This document shows positions 37,484 through 50,546 of a stretch of 64,000 nucleotides of DNA, piece after piece. This stretch comes from Epiperipatus broadwayi (Eukaryota; Animalia; Onychophora): NCBI GenBank assembly GCA_028023455.1, contig JAQFVV010000004.1, positions 6,200,001 to 6,264,000 on the forward strand, given 5' to 3'. Positions within the stretch are counted from its first letter, which is position 1; each line of letters opens with the position of its first letter. The notes under the pieces are model-generated. The model was not told where the DNA came from, made no database searches, and worked only from the letters and a program-made list of their open reading frames with translations. Both the position numbers and the translations under genes were made by a program.

Positions 37484-37935
37484 GTTAATATATATACTCC
37501 TTATGTATAATATATTTAATATGTGTATATAATTATATTAGTGTATAATAAAGCATTTAATAACTTAAAATATGAAGGCATCCTTTCTGTAAAAAGTGTT
37601 TTAATTTTTTTTGTTTTTAATTGAAATTTTTTTTTCTAAAAAAAGCTTAACAAAACTATATTGTAAACGAACTTCATTTAATACATATGATTTTTCTTTA
37701 AATCGATTTGACTTATAGTTTATATATATATCACAAGATTTTTTGCAATAAGTTAATATGTATACTCTTTATGTATACATCTGTGCATAATAAAGCAGTG
37801 ATTAACTTAAAATATGAAGACATCTTTTCTGTTGAAAAGTGTTTGACATTTTTCATTTGAAAATGTTTTTTTTTTTTAAAAAAAAAAAAAAGCTTAACAA
37901 AACTAAATTGTAAATTAATTTTATTTTAACTTACA
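37484..37935. repeat. Diverged tandem duplication, period about 270 bp
   Basis: aagttaatat.tatactc...ataataaagca...aacttaaaatatgaag...aaaagcttaacaaaacta occurs twice. Confidence 0.7.
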
Positions 37936-37967
37936 TTAAGCTTTAAACTGAAACCAAAAATATCACA

Positions 37968-38425
37968 CACATTACTTAAAACATATTCAAGTTCTAAAAA
38001 AACTTTTACATATGACATCAAAATATTGAAAATTTTCCTGCCCAGTGTTCCTTATCAAAGAAACTACATCGCCTAACTAAAATATTATAGCACCCTATCA
38101 CTTTACTAGTGATTTAGAAAAAATGTACTAAATTTCAACAAATTATATTGAATTTAAATCTATTAAACCGTGATTTTAAAATATTATAACATTACTTAAA
38201 CTTTCAATTGAAAATAATAAAAAAATCACTACATCACCTTCTTGCTTAAAACATATTGAAATTCTGAAAAAGAAATTTAAATTTGATATCAAAATTTCTC
38301 TATCAAATGGTCCAGTTCTAAGAAATTAGGTAACCCTTTCTAAAATATTACAATGTCCTATCACTTTAGTAATGATTTAGAAGAAATGTATCAAATTTCA
38401 ACAAATTATATTAAATTTATATCTA
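37968..38425. repeat. Second diverged tandem duplication, period about 270 bp
   Basis: cttaaaacatatt...ctaaaatatta...cctatcacttta...gatttagaa...aaatttcaacaaattatatt occurs twice. Confidence 0.7.
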
Positions 38426-41400
38426 AAATTTTATTCTAATTTAAATAACAAAAGTGATTACAAGAGTTTACAAATAAGCAAATAAACAAACAGAGGTCGT
38501 AACTTAAATAAAAGCATTTAAAAAGAAAAATCGTGAATAGTTTTCTAACAATGATTATTTATTAATAACTTGATTCAACGAAAATGTGGCATTCTCTGGC
38601 AGAATAATAAAATGACATAGAGATTCATAAGCAGCCAGATAATTCTAAAGATACAAATTCAAACTATCTCTACTAGACTAAAATGCTATAAATAAGGTTA
38701 AAGCACATCTCTTTAGATAATTTGTATATGTTTTTGATTGAATGGTTTTAAATATTTTTGATATTAAAATGATTTATGCCTTTATTTCTAATAGACTGTT
38801 AATAATAATGTATATATGTCAAAATAAGATGGAAAAGAAGGAATTTAGTGAAAATAATGGTGAAAAGCAGAAATGTAATGGTTAAAGAATAATGATAAGA
38901 ATAAGTTCATATACATTTATCTTATTTTCTAAATCATCAAAAATTAGTTAGAATTATCACAGTAAGCTAATGAATATATGGATACAGAAATAAAAACTCT
39001 AATTACATGATATATGTAAATTGGAAGATGTACAAAACATGTGGTGAAATTATGAGTACTTTAGCAAATCAATAAATAGATGGATAGCTAAATAAACACA
39101 GAAATCCAGTCTTCTATAAGAAACAAAATTATTATTTTTAAACTACATTATGTAAGTAATGCTACAAATATATTTCCTTAAGCAAAAGAATGAAAAACTA
39201 TATTTGATTACATTAAATATTTATGTATATACAGAAACAAAATTTTTTCTTTGTAAATTGTGGAAATTTAATCAGTAAAGATCAACATTCAAGATGATAT
39301 CTTAAATAAGATAACTTATTTTAAAGTGAAGTTGTATATTATATATAAAAATTATTTCAAAGACAAAATGTTTGTCAACAAATGATAATACAAATTAATC
39401 AGTAACATTAAATAATTGTAAATTAAACAAAGCCAATAGAGATTAAAAGATTGTCAAATTATTCAAATTATACATTTTAATTATTATTATTTTTTCTTCT
39501 TTATGAAAATAATTATAAATCTTAAAAATTACAAGAAAAAAATATTCAAATATTTTAAATTTTATAAAATGTTGAATTTTCATCTCCAGTTTACACTGCA
39601 GTTTTAAGACAATCCTTTTGATGGTTTTATACAACATTTTTTTCTTTATTGTTGATTTATTGAACATTTATTCTGGGTTTTCCCATTTTTTTGACATCTA
39701 GTATATTGTGCTTGCAGTATATTGTAGACAGGTCAATTATTGTTCAAGCTTACAATTTAATAGGCAAGCACATTTTCTTTCTTAGCCTTCCTTCATATTT
39801 ATTGCAGTTGCATGGCTGTGAAAAAATAACCCAAAAAGAAACTGTCCTAATTTATACATTTCATTAAGGTATAATGTAATTTAAGAGATAGGGAATTTAT
39901 AATAATACTTACAATTCTATGTACTGTAGCTGTTAGCTATATTATCAGTGACTGATTTCGATTAGACATGCTTATGAATTATTTTATTTTCTTCTGATTA
40001 CTATCTACAGCAGCCTTCCAATCTGCAATTTCGATATGATATATAATGTAGATAATCTGCATAGTTGAAGATCGGACGTGGAAAATGACAACTAACTATA
40101 GCCAACTATTCTTTTACTTTAAGTTAACTGTCTACATGTTGTTAGTTATCTTAGTCCAATAAATGCTTATTTTTGTAGTTAGCTTAAAATAAACGAACTG
40201 ATTATATTTCTTTTGAATCAAAACCAAATATTTTGTGATTTAAACTCACTAATTTTAAACAATTTTAAGTTACATTCAAAAGTATGAAACTTTAATCTGA
40301 TTACAATTGCAGTTATGAAATTAACAAAGAACAGTTTTTCTCTAAATTTCACTAAGCATAAATATTATTTATATAGTTTAGTTTGGCATAATTATTTTAA
40401 ATCTATTCTGAAACAGATAGTGATAAAGCACAATTATTATTATGATTTTAACAATTTTTAAGCTTTAACTTAAATATTAACTTTATTGATTTTAAATTTA
40501 TCATAATGTTGATCGATTATAATAATTCCAATCTTATTTGTTTTTCACTGTATTTCATTATATTATTAAATATATGTCTGCCATATTAAAGTTTGTTTTA
40601 AACACCAACATAACTAAATATTATCACAGAGACATTTTCATCATATATATATATGACTATTATCATTATTTGATGGTAGACTCTATATATAGTTTAAAGC
40701 TATGTTGATTAGATTTACCAGATGCCTGAAAGAAATGTTTACCTACTCTATTTTTCCACAAAATTGTTTCCCAAATATATTCTTTAATGGAAAAGTTTTC
40801 AATCAGATTAGCATGGCACTGCAGAGGAGTATATTTTTTTCTTTTCAAGAGTTTTTTCTCATATCTTTCTTTCACTTTTACAACATACTTCTTAATGTTG
40901 CATAGATTACCAAAAACTTTTTTTTCTATTGCTATATTTCCTCATGGATATCATTTATTTTTTAACTGTTTCCAAGTCCTGTGTGGTTTGGCAAAATAAT
41001 GGATTCAAAAATTAAAAGGATCCTGGATTGAAGTTCAATCTGACATTTCTGGGGCTCAAATGTTACAGCTCTTCTTGAACAGCTAACATTTGATTCTTTT
41101 TTAAATAACTACTAATAAATTTTCATTTCTTGCTGTAATTTTTCTTTAAATATTTTTGATTCTTTCCCTAATTTTATCTATCATCTACTCTTACTAAAAA
41201 TACATACCCATAAGAATATATGTATATAAAATTAAGAAAACAATAATTCTTGGATGAAGGTATTTTTAATTCATTAAATTTGATATTGGTCTCACAAAAA
41301 TATTAAGACATAATTTGCTTTAGAAATATATTTAATTCATCAAAACTTAAAAAGGCCATACATTTTTTATAGTCCTTCTACTTAATATGCATTACCTCAT

Positions 41401-41462
41401 TAACCAATTTATTTCAAAAATAAAAAAAAAGGTAAATTAATTTTACACTATATTTCACTCAC

Positions 41463-41618
41463 TTGTGCGATAATATCTTGTGCGGTACTGCTAATTGGAG
41501 CCTTCAAAATGGTATACGGTTGTTCTGGTGAAACGTTATAAATACAAACAAGAAATGTTTCTTCTTCATCGTCCCAGTCATTTAATTCATCACCACTAGT
41601 TTCTCCATCTTGTTTCCG
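41463..41618 (-). CDS. PLCE1: PLC-epsilon exon, N-terminal half of RA2 domain
   Basis: tttttaatag|...|gtgagt, 156 nt, phase 0-0: [52 protein letters not shown]. This matches recalled human PLCE1 [34 protein letters not shown]. Confidence 0.92.
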
Positions 41619-43259
41619 CTATTAAAAATTATATATATATATACTGATGAAGTTTTACTTATTATTTTCAATGGTGTTAAATCTCAAACCAATACCTTAT
41701 TAACAAAAATGAAACATTGCTAACTGAAATCTTGCAGTGTAATGTCAATCAGAAAATAATTATATGGTTTTGGTTTGAGATTTAGCATTAACTGGAATCT
41801 TGCAATGTAATGTCAATCAGAAAATAATTATATAGTTTGAGATTTAGCATTACTAAGAATAAGTAAAATTTCCATTATTTGATATATATATATATCATTA
41901 AGATGAACAAAATACACTATTACCCCCCTTAGCAATGGCAATTGGTTCTCCAAAACTCATCGTTAATCAAGAATATTGTATGCAGAATACGTATTTATAA
42001 TGGGGGTCTATGGGTAAAAATTGGTCAGTTCCTAGAAGTTAAAAAATTACACTAATTTAGGAATAAAGTACATATCAAAAAAATTATTCATTAACATTTA
42101 TTTTAAATGCAATCTGTTTTTCTTTTCATTTGAAACCACTTGAGTGTAAACAACATTTTTAACGAAGTTACAAAATCAATAACATTGTGTTTTATGAATA
42201 AAATATTGTATGTGCTATACAATTTCAGCAAAGTCATTACCTGTATACATATTACTGTAATGCACTTTTGCTTTTGGGTAAAATGACTTTAAAATACCTA
42301 TACTCTGACATCATCAGTGAGGCAAAATTCAAGATGGCTGCCAACAAAAATTTTCCCGATCGTTATAGGGAATAATCAATTGTAAATCAAAGTAGTGGGT
42401 ACAAATTGATGATGATCATTATTGTGAAATAACACTAAGTAGCCATCGCTAAATGAGGTCTTGGTGTATAATTTATACATATATCTGTCACTTACCCATA
42501 TAAATTAATGAAAGCCAGAAAAAAAAAACAATTTAGATTATAAGATTAAATTTTTTAAAATCATTTTTCTTTCCTTCATTCATTAACTTTCTAAAGTGTA
42601 TAATTAATTAAGTCTCTGCATACTTTAATGCAGTGTATATACATTCTTTCATATAGACAAAATACATTTTGAAATATTTAAAAATGTCAGAAAACTTGAT
42701 ACAAATTTATTACAAAAACAAATAATTAGCATGATATGCATATTGAGACTATACTTTCTTTTAACATGGTAAAAATTTCACAAGTTTTTTTTCTCTGAGA
42801 CAAATATGACTGTTTATATGTGAAATTAGTCATAAAAGTTTTTTTAAAAATAATCTTTTTTATTAAACTTCATTTAATTTTTAAATTTTAATAGAATTTA
42901 AGATTGATGTATTTAATTAATTATAAACAATATTTTACTTACAAGAAACTAATTTGTGTAACAATCTAAACATGTGATGCACAAAACAATGAAGACATAC
43001 TCAAATTTAACAGATGTGTGAACAACTTTTGTGTTATATTGTAGTGTTTATTTTTATTTATTAAAAAATATTAAAATATGTAATACAGTAAATATGCAAT
43101 AGAAGAGAAAATTTGACTTACATAAGTAAAGGACAGCTGACACTTTGGAATATATTATTTTCTCCATAAATAATTCTCTTTATTAGTTAACATTACATAT
43201 ACTTAAAAATTACTATAAACCTGTAAAAATATTTATATTTCTTTCATATATACATAAAG

Positions 43260-43400
43260 ACTTTAATTAAAACAGAGGATGGATAAAGCTCTGATGAAGA
43301 CTGCTGGACAGTCGAAACTGTAATGAAAATAAAGAAGTTTTTAAAAAATTTTTGTTTGCATTGTAGTGTTTATGAAAGAAGTATTATAAGCAATATATAC
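43260..43400 (+). mobile_element. Penelope-like pseudo-LTR remnant with hammerhead core
   Basis: CTGATGA-A-GACTG-CTGGA-CAGTC-GAAA-CTGTA followed by AATAAA and a T-rich stretch. This layout is known from Penelope-like pLTRs. Confidence 0.55.
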
Positions 43401-44379
43401 ATAAAGTTCTATACAATAATTTAAATAGCAAACACTGTTCTAGTGAATGACGTACATTTCGTTCAGCATTCGACAATAAAAAAGCAGCCCACTTTTCGTT
43501 ATTTAGTTCTCTTTGGTTATATATGTGTATTATTTCAAAATTACTTTAAATACAATAAGAATTTTGATTTTCTTTTTTTTTTTTTTGGAGACAAATTATT
43601 TGTATTTTTATAAAAGAGAATATTTTCTTATCAAATCTAATAGTTTTTATCAAAAAATATAATTATTAAAAATTATGCCTACCAGTTGTTGTTTTTTTAA
43701 CATATTCACATTTAAAATTAAAAAATAATTGATAGAGAGCTAAAAATCCAAATTTTCTCTAAGAAACACATGACAATTTTCTATCAATCCATGCATATTA
43801 TTTTTAATTTTGCAGCAATTTATGCAGAGAATCATATCAATATTTCTGACATAAACAATACATATTCTTAAAAAAAAGAAAGAACAGTAGTTGTTTTCAA
43901 TTTTGTTAATTATAATTTTATTGGCAACAAAGCAATAATTTAAAATTTTTTCTAAGCATAAATTTATCATGAAGATTCATGGCACTTATCAAATGTAAGT
44001 TTTCTGCGCAATTACTTTTGATAACAAATAGAAATGATTCTAAACTTGTCAAAGCTATTATGTTTTATGATTTATTATTCTGGATTGATTTTGAAAGAAA
44101 AAATGTGATACAGGATACATAAATAGTTTTAAAGACTCTTTTAACTTTGGTTAGGAAATACAAGTAATTACTTTGCAATGTACAGCATATTTATCACAGA
44201 CTAAATCAACAATTGATTAATTGCTAAAATTATTGCAATAACTTCTTAACTGAACTATTTTAATTAAATAATTAATGCTTAATAAGTATAAATTTACACA
44301 TAGAAAAATGATCAAAATCTTAAAAATGTCAATTATAAAATGTATAGAAAAAGCAATTTTATTAGTAATGCTGATGTGA

Positions 44380-44690
44380 CTTCAGAATAACAAGAAAAAG
44401 TAACAGAAATAGAAGAAAAGTAGATCTTGGAGAGTTACAAAAAAAAATAGTAGACGAATGAGTAAGCAAAATAAGAATTGAAAGAGGAGCAAAAATAGAA
44501 GTAGTGGGATTAAGAGCAATAATAGAAATACTAGTTGCAACAGAAGATGGAAAAAGAATAGGAGTAATGCTAAAAAAAAAATTAAGAATAGTAAGAGTAT
44601 CCAAATAGAAATAAAAATAATAATTAGGACTAGAATAATAGAAGTGAAAAAAGATTTAGAAGTAGAAGTAGATTCAAAAACTAAAAATCA
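44380..44690 (+). mobile_element. Possible LINE ORF1-like remnant
   Basis: Strongly purine-biased strand reading VSKIRIERGAKIEVVGLRAIIEILVATEDGKRIGVMLKKKLRIVRV. The assignment is weak. Confidence 0.3.
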
Positions 44691-47600
44691 TTGAATTAAT
44701 TCCTGGCTTAGGAAAATAATAAAAAAAAACCTCAACAATCTCAGCTTAGTGAATAACAGAAGTACTGTGCTCAACCCATGAGTTTCGAATAGTTCATGGC
44801 CTTCCGAACAACTAACTTTATAATTTACTTTATTATTAATAATTATTGAACATGAGCAATAACTAGATATTTTTAAAAAAAATAACTAAAAACAATATTA
44901 AATAAACTATATGAAAAAAAAAATAGTAGAGAAAAAAGTAAATCTGATAGGCCTATATAACAGACTGTGAATTACTTCTGGAAAAACTTCCCAAGATTTT
45001 TAGAATGCTAGATAAAAGATTAAAAAAATATAAAATTGAGATTGTTTAGAAAGCTAGGAAAGTTTGGCAATTTTATCATTACAGAAGTATTAATTTTTAG
45101 TGTTTCTTATTGTAAGGGTAGCATACAACTCGATGATGCCAACCAAAATTAGCCCACATTTCAATTTGAACCCCTCTAAAACCCGTGCAAATCATCTGGA
45201 TGTTATTTCACTATTTTGAGCATAAATATATATATACACAACGTGTATACTCATTTGGTAACATTTGAACAAAAGAAAGTTGGGATAGGTTATTATATAT
45301 ATATTTTTAGTGGATTATTATTATAATATAGCAAAATAACAGAAACAAATAATCTATAGATATGTACACACTATTAGACAAACTTAGATAGATTGTGCTG
45401 TATGTTTTAAAACCAAATAATACTACGTGATGCAAACTGAAACTAAGGAAACTTGGAGATGACCTTGATGTCAAGTTTAGTCACTAGGAAACTGAGTATG
45501 AAAATAAAATCGTAATTCTACTATTTTTTTTTTAATGAATTGCTTCATTGATAATATAAATACAACAATAAGTAGCTACATCAACTTAAAAGGGAATGAG
45601 GATTTTAATATACCGGGTAATGGAAATCAAGGACACTATAAAAGAAAACTCAATTTCAAATCATTCTTCTTCTATAAAAACCCCCTCAAATTGAAAGCAA
45701 TATTTTATTAAGTGAACTTAAAAAAAAAAAATTCATATAAATTTGTGCCATAACAAAATTTATTTTCGAACTCCTTAATGAAGAAACTTAGATATTTTTT
45801 CAAATACAGACAGAAGAAGAGAACACAAACATTGCCAGTAATCAAAAGTAATTATGGAGTAGTTTATCTGAGAAAGAAAACTAGTCAATATTAAATCGTA
45901 GTTTACGAAGTCAAACAAGATATTGTAAGATGCATATGAGGTAAAGCAGTCATGCTGAAGTGTTTGATTGCTCTCTTCCCTAACACAACTGTGTGAAACT
46001 TGTTGTCTATTTCAATAATACGCCTAAGAAAATGCCTATTGTCCAACCCGAGATGAATGCAGGAAAATCAAGAGATAGACCGACTAAGGATCGACGTGCT
46101 TGCATTCTAAACGATGCAAGAAGATATCACTACATGAAAAATCCTTTGCCAGAAAAAAGTGATATGAAGAACTGAACTGAAGACTTTCATGCCAAAACTC
46201 ATGAACTACTATCAGGATGATTTGATGAACTGATTCAAAGATTAAATTTTATCATATGATTATTGTTGAAATTTTTCTTTATTTTTTTAAAATCGTTTTA
46301 TTTTCATACTCAGGAGCATGAACTTCACAGTTTGTGCTTTGGAAGATTCCATTAGTAATGTAGGGAGTGGTTGAGTTTAGTTATATCTTTATTATTATTA
46401 TTATTGTAAATAAAGTTTAGGCCTACCCTTCTCTTTATAATGATATGACATCTGATCATCCACATGAATGGAGGTAAGATCTTCATTTATTATTTCAAAT
46501 TAAATTACCAACATTTGACACAGGACAGAATTCAAGTTATCATTTTTTTTATTGTTAATTAACAATCGTTATATGTTCGTTTTCAGTATGAATGATTAAC
46601 TACTTCGTATATATATATGTTTTTATCTATGACAATAGTTTGGGGGACCTAATCAAGTGATAGATCTTTAACCAAGGATAAACAATGATGTTACTGTACC
46701 TATATAGTAATGGATATTTAATTTAGATAGTTAGCATCACGTTTATTTTGTAATCTTAATATATTTTTTATTTTCAATAATCTTGTAAATAATTGGTATC
46801 ATCATGGATTTCTATCATCGGATAAAAGGTATTGGAACCATAAGATTATTTAATTGATGACATGGTAGAAGTTCATATTTGACACATGCAATTTTTTTTT
46901 TTTTTGTGGTTAAAATATATTATCTTTAATTCATTTTGTCATAGTTAAATAAATGTAAAAAATTTGATTGCATTATTCCAGTCTCTGAGTCAACTTTGCA
47001 TTCAAAAGTCAACTATCAGTCTTAATACACACACACACCTCTTATATAATAGTTCTATAACAAATTGAATACCAATAATACTAGTTGTAACCTATATAAA
47101 GATGCAGAAGTTACTAAATGTATATGTTCATCGCTGTTAAGAGAGTCGAAAGTGAATTCTCACTGGGTTTAAATACTGGGGAATAATGGAACCAAAGAAA
47201 GGGGTGTGGGGTGGATGAACTGATTTAAATTGTATCTAGATTTAACAAACAGGTTTAGAGCTATTGAAAGTGGATGCAATCATTGGTTATGTACTTCATT
47301 GCATCATCTCCAGCATCCTATCCAAAGACCCTACATATATGTTGATACTAATAGCTCCCCAGACTGTTATATGGCACCCAATGTGGGGCATGAACATACA
47401 TCTCACCCATACCTAAGTTTCAAGGGAGGTCCATCCACTGGACTGGTGTTCAAAAAAAAATTTGTAAACTCATGCTGTATTTTATATTTATGTGAAAGTA
47501 AACCCTAATGAACTTATATTCTTAACAAACAACTAGCACTTCCAATAACAAAAGAATGGACATCATAAACTTGAGCCAATTCTAAATAAGTGTGTTGACA

Positions 47601-47849
47601 GAAAATCATGTACAAAGTGTAGAATGCAATTTTAAAGACATAGTAAATGGCCCAATAAACTGAGACCGAAGATAAATAAATTATTAATTAAAAAAAAAAA
47701 AAACTAAAGTAGTGTAGTTAGGTATATAAAAAAGGCATAGGCTAAAAAGTATATTTGAAAAATTTTATGGTTAGGGATGGCACGATACACTATGGCATGT
47801 GTTCATTTCTAGTCTGATAAACAAATATTTTTATACTTAGTTTGCACAA

Positions 47850-49054
47850 GAACATTTAATGATAACCAGAAGTGGTAAACAGTTAGTTAACATCTTTGCA
47901 AAGCCTGGTAACTAGTATTTTATTTAATCCATTTGGCATCCACTGCATTATCTCTCATTGTGTCTATAATTTATTTCTGAAATTTTATTTTCAAATTCAC
48001 ATTTAAGTGGTAATCTTGACAAGGCATATGAGTGAAGAATTTGCTTCCTGAATTTATACATTAACTCAAAGTTTTATGCAACCTATGTACTGAGCCAATG
48101 TATAATTCTCTGACTAGTGTCTTCTGGAGTTTTCTTTACATTTACAAATATGCCCATTAAAGGACATGGTCAGTATAGATTTTGAATTCACATCCATGAG
48201 ACATACAAGTGAAATTATTTAATGGCATATATTATTGCCAGAATTTCTTTGTATAGCTGAAATAATTTTTTTCTGAAGCTATCAACATTCATAGCAGCGA
48301 TGACATATAATTACTCCTATACCATAATTTGAGGTGTCATTAGTAATAATAATCTCCTAGTCATTACAATAATAGACAAGCAACTTTTTGGAAATAAGCA
48401 GTAGCTTTTGTTTTATTGAAAGCATTCTCATATTCTATAGTCTACTTCCATTGTTGTCCCTTCTTTAGTAACTGGTATAGAGATGTTGTGACATTTGCTT
48501 TTCCTTTCAGAAAACTCTTATAAAAATTTATTATGTAATTCATTCAATAAATTATCTCTTTTCTTTGCAATTGTAATTTTAGACATATAAATGTTCAGGC
48601 ATTTATAAAGAAAAGGTAGACATATGTAGTTTTTAAAAATTGACTTTATTCTGCATGAACAATTTTTAAACTATATACGTCTACCTTTTCTTTACAAATG
48701 ACTGAACATTTGTATGTTTAAAATTATAAAAATTTAATAAATCCAGAAACATTTGCAGGCCTTTAACATTTTTCAGTTTAGCAACATTTTTTACTGCTCT
48801 AACTTTATCTAGGCTAGGATAATTTTTGCTAGCATGTCATAAGACCTTGATTTCCCTAGCGGACCAAATATATTTCAGAATTTCTAACTTTGCACCTATT
48901 TTGTCCAACTCTGCACAAACATTTATTACACATGTAGCAATTTCTGTCTCTACCATAACTAATATATCATCAAGGTAAGGAATAATACCTTCCATATCTT
49001 GAAACTACCCATGCTAATTTCTGCTATATTTTTCTAGAGTGAATAATACAATAA
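47850..49054 (-). mobile_element. Decayed Gypsy pol remnant (RT-RNase H)
   Basis: Minus strand GIIPYLDDILV (YLDD at 48966-48977), EFKIYTDH (about 48170-48190) and ALSRLP (about 48010-48025). Interrupted by a fold-back element. Confidence 0.72.
48571..48729. repeat. Small fold-back element inside the Gypsy remnant
   Basis: ttgtaattttagacatataaatgttcag...aaagaaaaggtagac / gtctaccttttcttt...ctgaacatttgtatgtttaaaattataa. Confidence 0.82.
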
Positions 49055-49401
49055 TTATGTAAATAGTCTGAACAGGCACTAACCTGTATTTAATGCACTT
49101 TAAAATTTGCAATAATTAAGCATATTTTGCCGATAGAGGGATCTCCCAAACCACGACACAAGATAGCGACTTTTATAAAGATAAGAGCGGCCAACTTATC
49201 TTTTAGCCTAAATGTCCATTTATATGGGCAAATCTGAAGCATCTTGATTTGGAAGCATGAAGTAGTTGTTTTCTCCACGGTTTAAGTCCACTATTTGTGT
49301 CGTGGTTTGAAAGATCCCTCTATCGGCAAAATATGCTTGATTATTGCGAATTTTAAAGCGCATTGAATACAAGTTAGTGCCTGTTCAGACTATTTACATA
49401 A
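49055..49401. repeat. Fold-back element
   Basis: Arms of about 115 bp, ttatgtaaatagtctgaacaggcactaac... / ...gttagtgcctgttcagactatttacataa, with a unique spacer of about 115 bp. Confidence 0.88.
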
Positions 49402-50065
49402 GCTCTCTGTGCCCTCTATAAATTAATTACTACTAATACATATACAGTTTTTTGTGATAATTAACGAAGCTGTTGGAATATTAAAAATTAATAATTAAAA
49501 TAAATTCTGATAATTTCCAAAGATTTATTATTATATAAAATTGCAATAAATTTTTCAAACAAAAAAAAAAATTACTATGGTTGTATATAACTTCCATATA
49601 TGTATGGATATATTCAACCCAAATAAATAATTTCTTAAAGAATATCTGTAGCCTAAGAATGATTTCAATTATCTTACAGTATAATTAATTAAAAATTCTT
49701 TTAGCATTTTAAATATTTTTTATGAATTATATAGATTCTTGATTGATACTACAATAATCTTCTATTCCTTTCTATCACAGATATCCCCATGTCTTTTGTA
49801 TGTTATTAATCTGCTTTTTCTGTAGTCCTTTTCTTGTTTTGATCTATGGGTGTCAGATACATATCATGTTATTAATATACATCAACCACAGTTTACAAGA
49901 CTAAAACAAATTTCTTCAATATTCTACATTCAAAATGTTGGATATAAATTTCCAATTTATCTGTTGTATTTCTTGCTTATCAAGTTTATAAAATAAAAAT
50001 AGCATTAAGAAATCAGGAGGAACCTCATAGATAAGTATATGAAATTACTACATACTGTTGCCTTT

Positions 50066-50365
50066 GGCAGGATGGCTCAGTTGGTTAGAGCGTTACCTTA
50101 AATTTCAATAATCAAGAATCTAAGGACCCAGGTTCGAATCCCATGCTAGTACTGTCACTGGTCAGGCCAGCAACACCTGAAGAAGAGGGGAGAAAAATAC
50201 CTCTCGAAACGTTGTGCGTATACTAACCTGTTTGCTGTGATATTACTAACAGTTAGTGCATATACTAACCTGTTTGCTGTGATATTATTAACATTTGTTT
50301 ACTGTGATATTACTAACAGTTGGTGCATATACTAACCTGTTTGCTGTGATATTACTAACAGTTTG
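50066..50365 (+). mobile_element. tRNA-headed short element with minimal hammerhead ribozyme motif and tandem-repeat tail
   Basis: A box TGGCTCAGTTGG and intact B box GGTTCGAATCC. Hammerhead core at 50172-50216. Tail of about 41-bp units (gtgcatatactaacctgtttgctgtgatattactaaca) repeated about three times. Confidence 0.8.
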
Positions 50366-50489
50366 GAATATTTAACTAAAAATTAAACTTTTCTAAAGAC
50401 ATTCAACACACATATGAGATGATGGAAATAGTCCAATATAAAAATACAGCATTAATGATAGTTTAAGTATTTCTCTAAAATTACATTAC

Positions 50490-50546
50490 CTTTTCTTTTG
50501 TCGCACTACTTTTAATGGTAGTCATCCAGGCTCGACTGCTTGGATC
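50490..50546 (-). CDS. PLCE1: PLC-epsilon exon, linker between RA1 and RA2
   Basis: aatcttttatag|GAT CCA AGC...GAA AAG|gtaatg, 57 nt, phase 0-0: DPSSRAWMTTIKSSATKEK. It splices in frame to 41463-41618. Confidence 0.75.

Noticed and set aside
5360-41050. Additional tRNA-like heads at about 5360-5440, 6720-6770, 7280-7345, 32100-32170 and 41000-41050
   Set aside because: A/B-box traces are visible but too degenerate to assign boundaries or family with confidence.
50212-50362. Repeat-spacer array
   Set aside because: The units are head-to-tail copies of one sequence forming the element's tail, with no distinct spacers.
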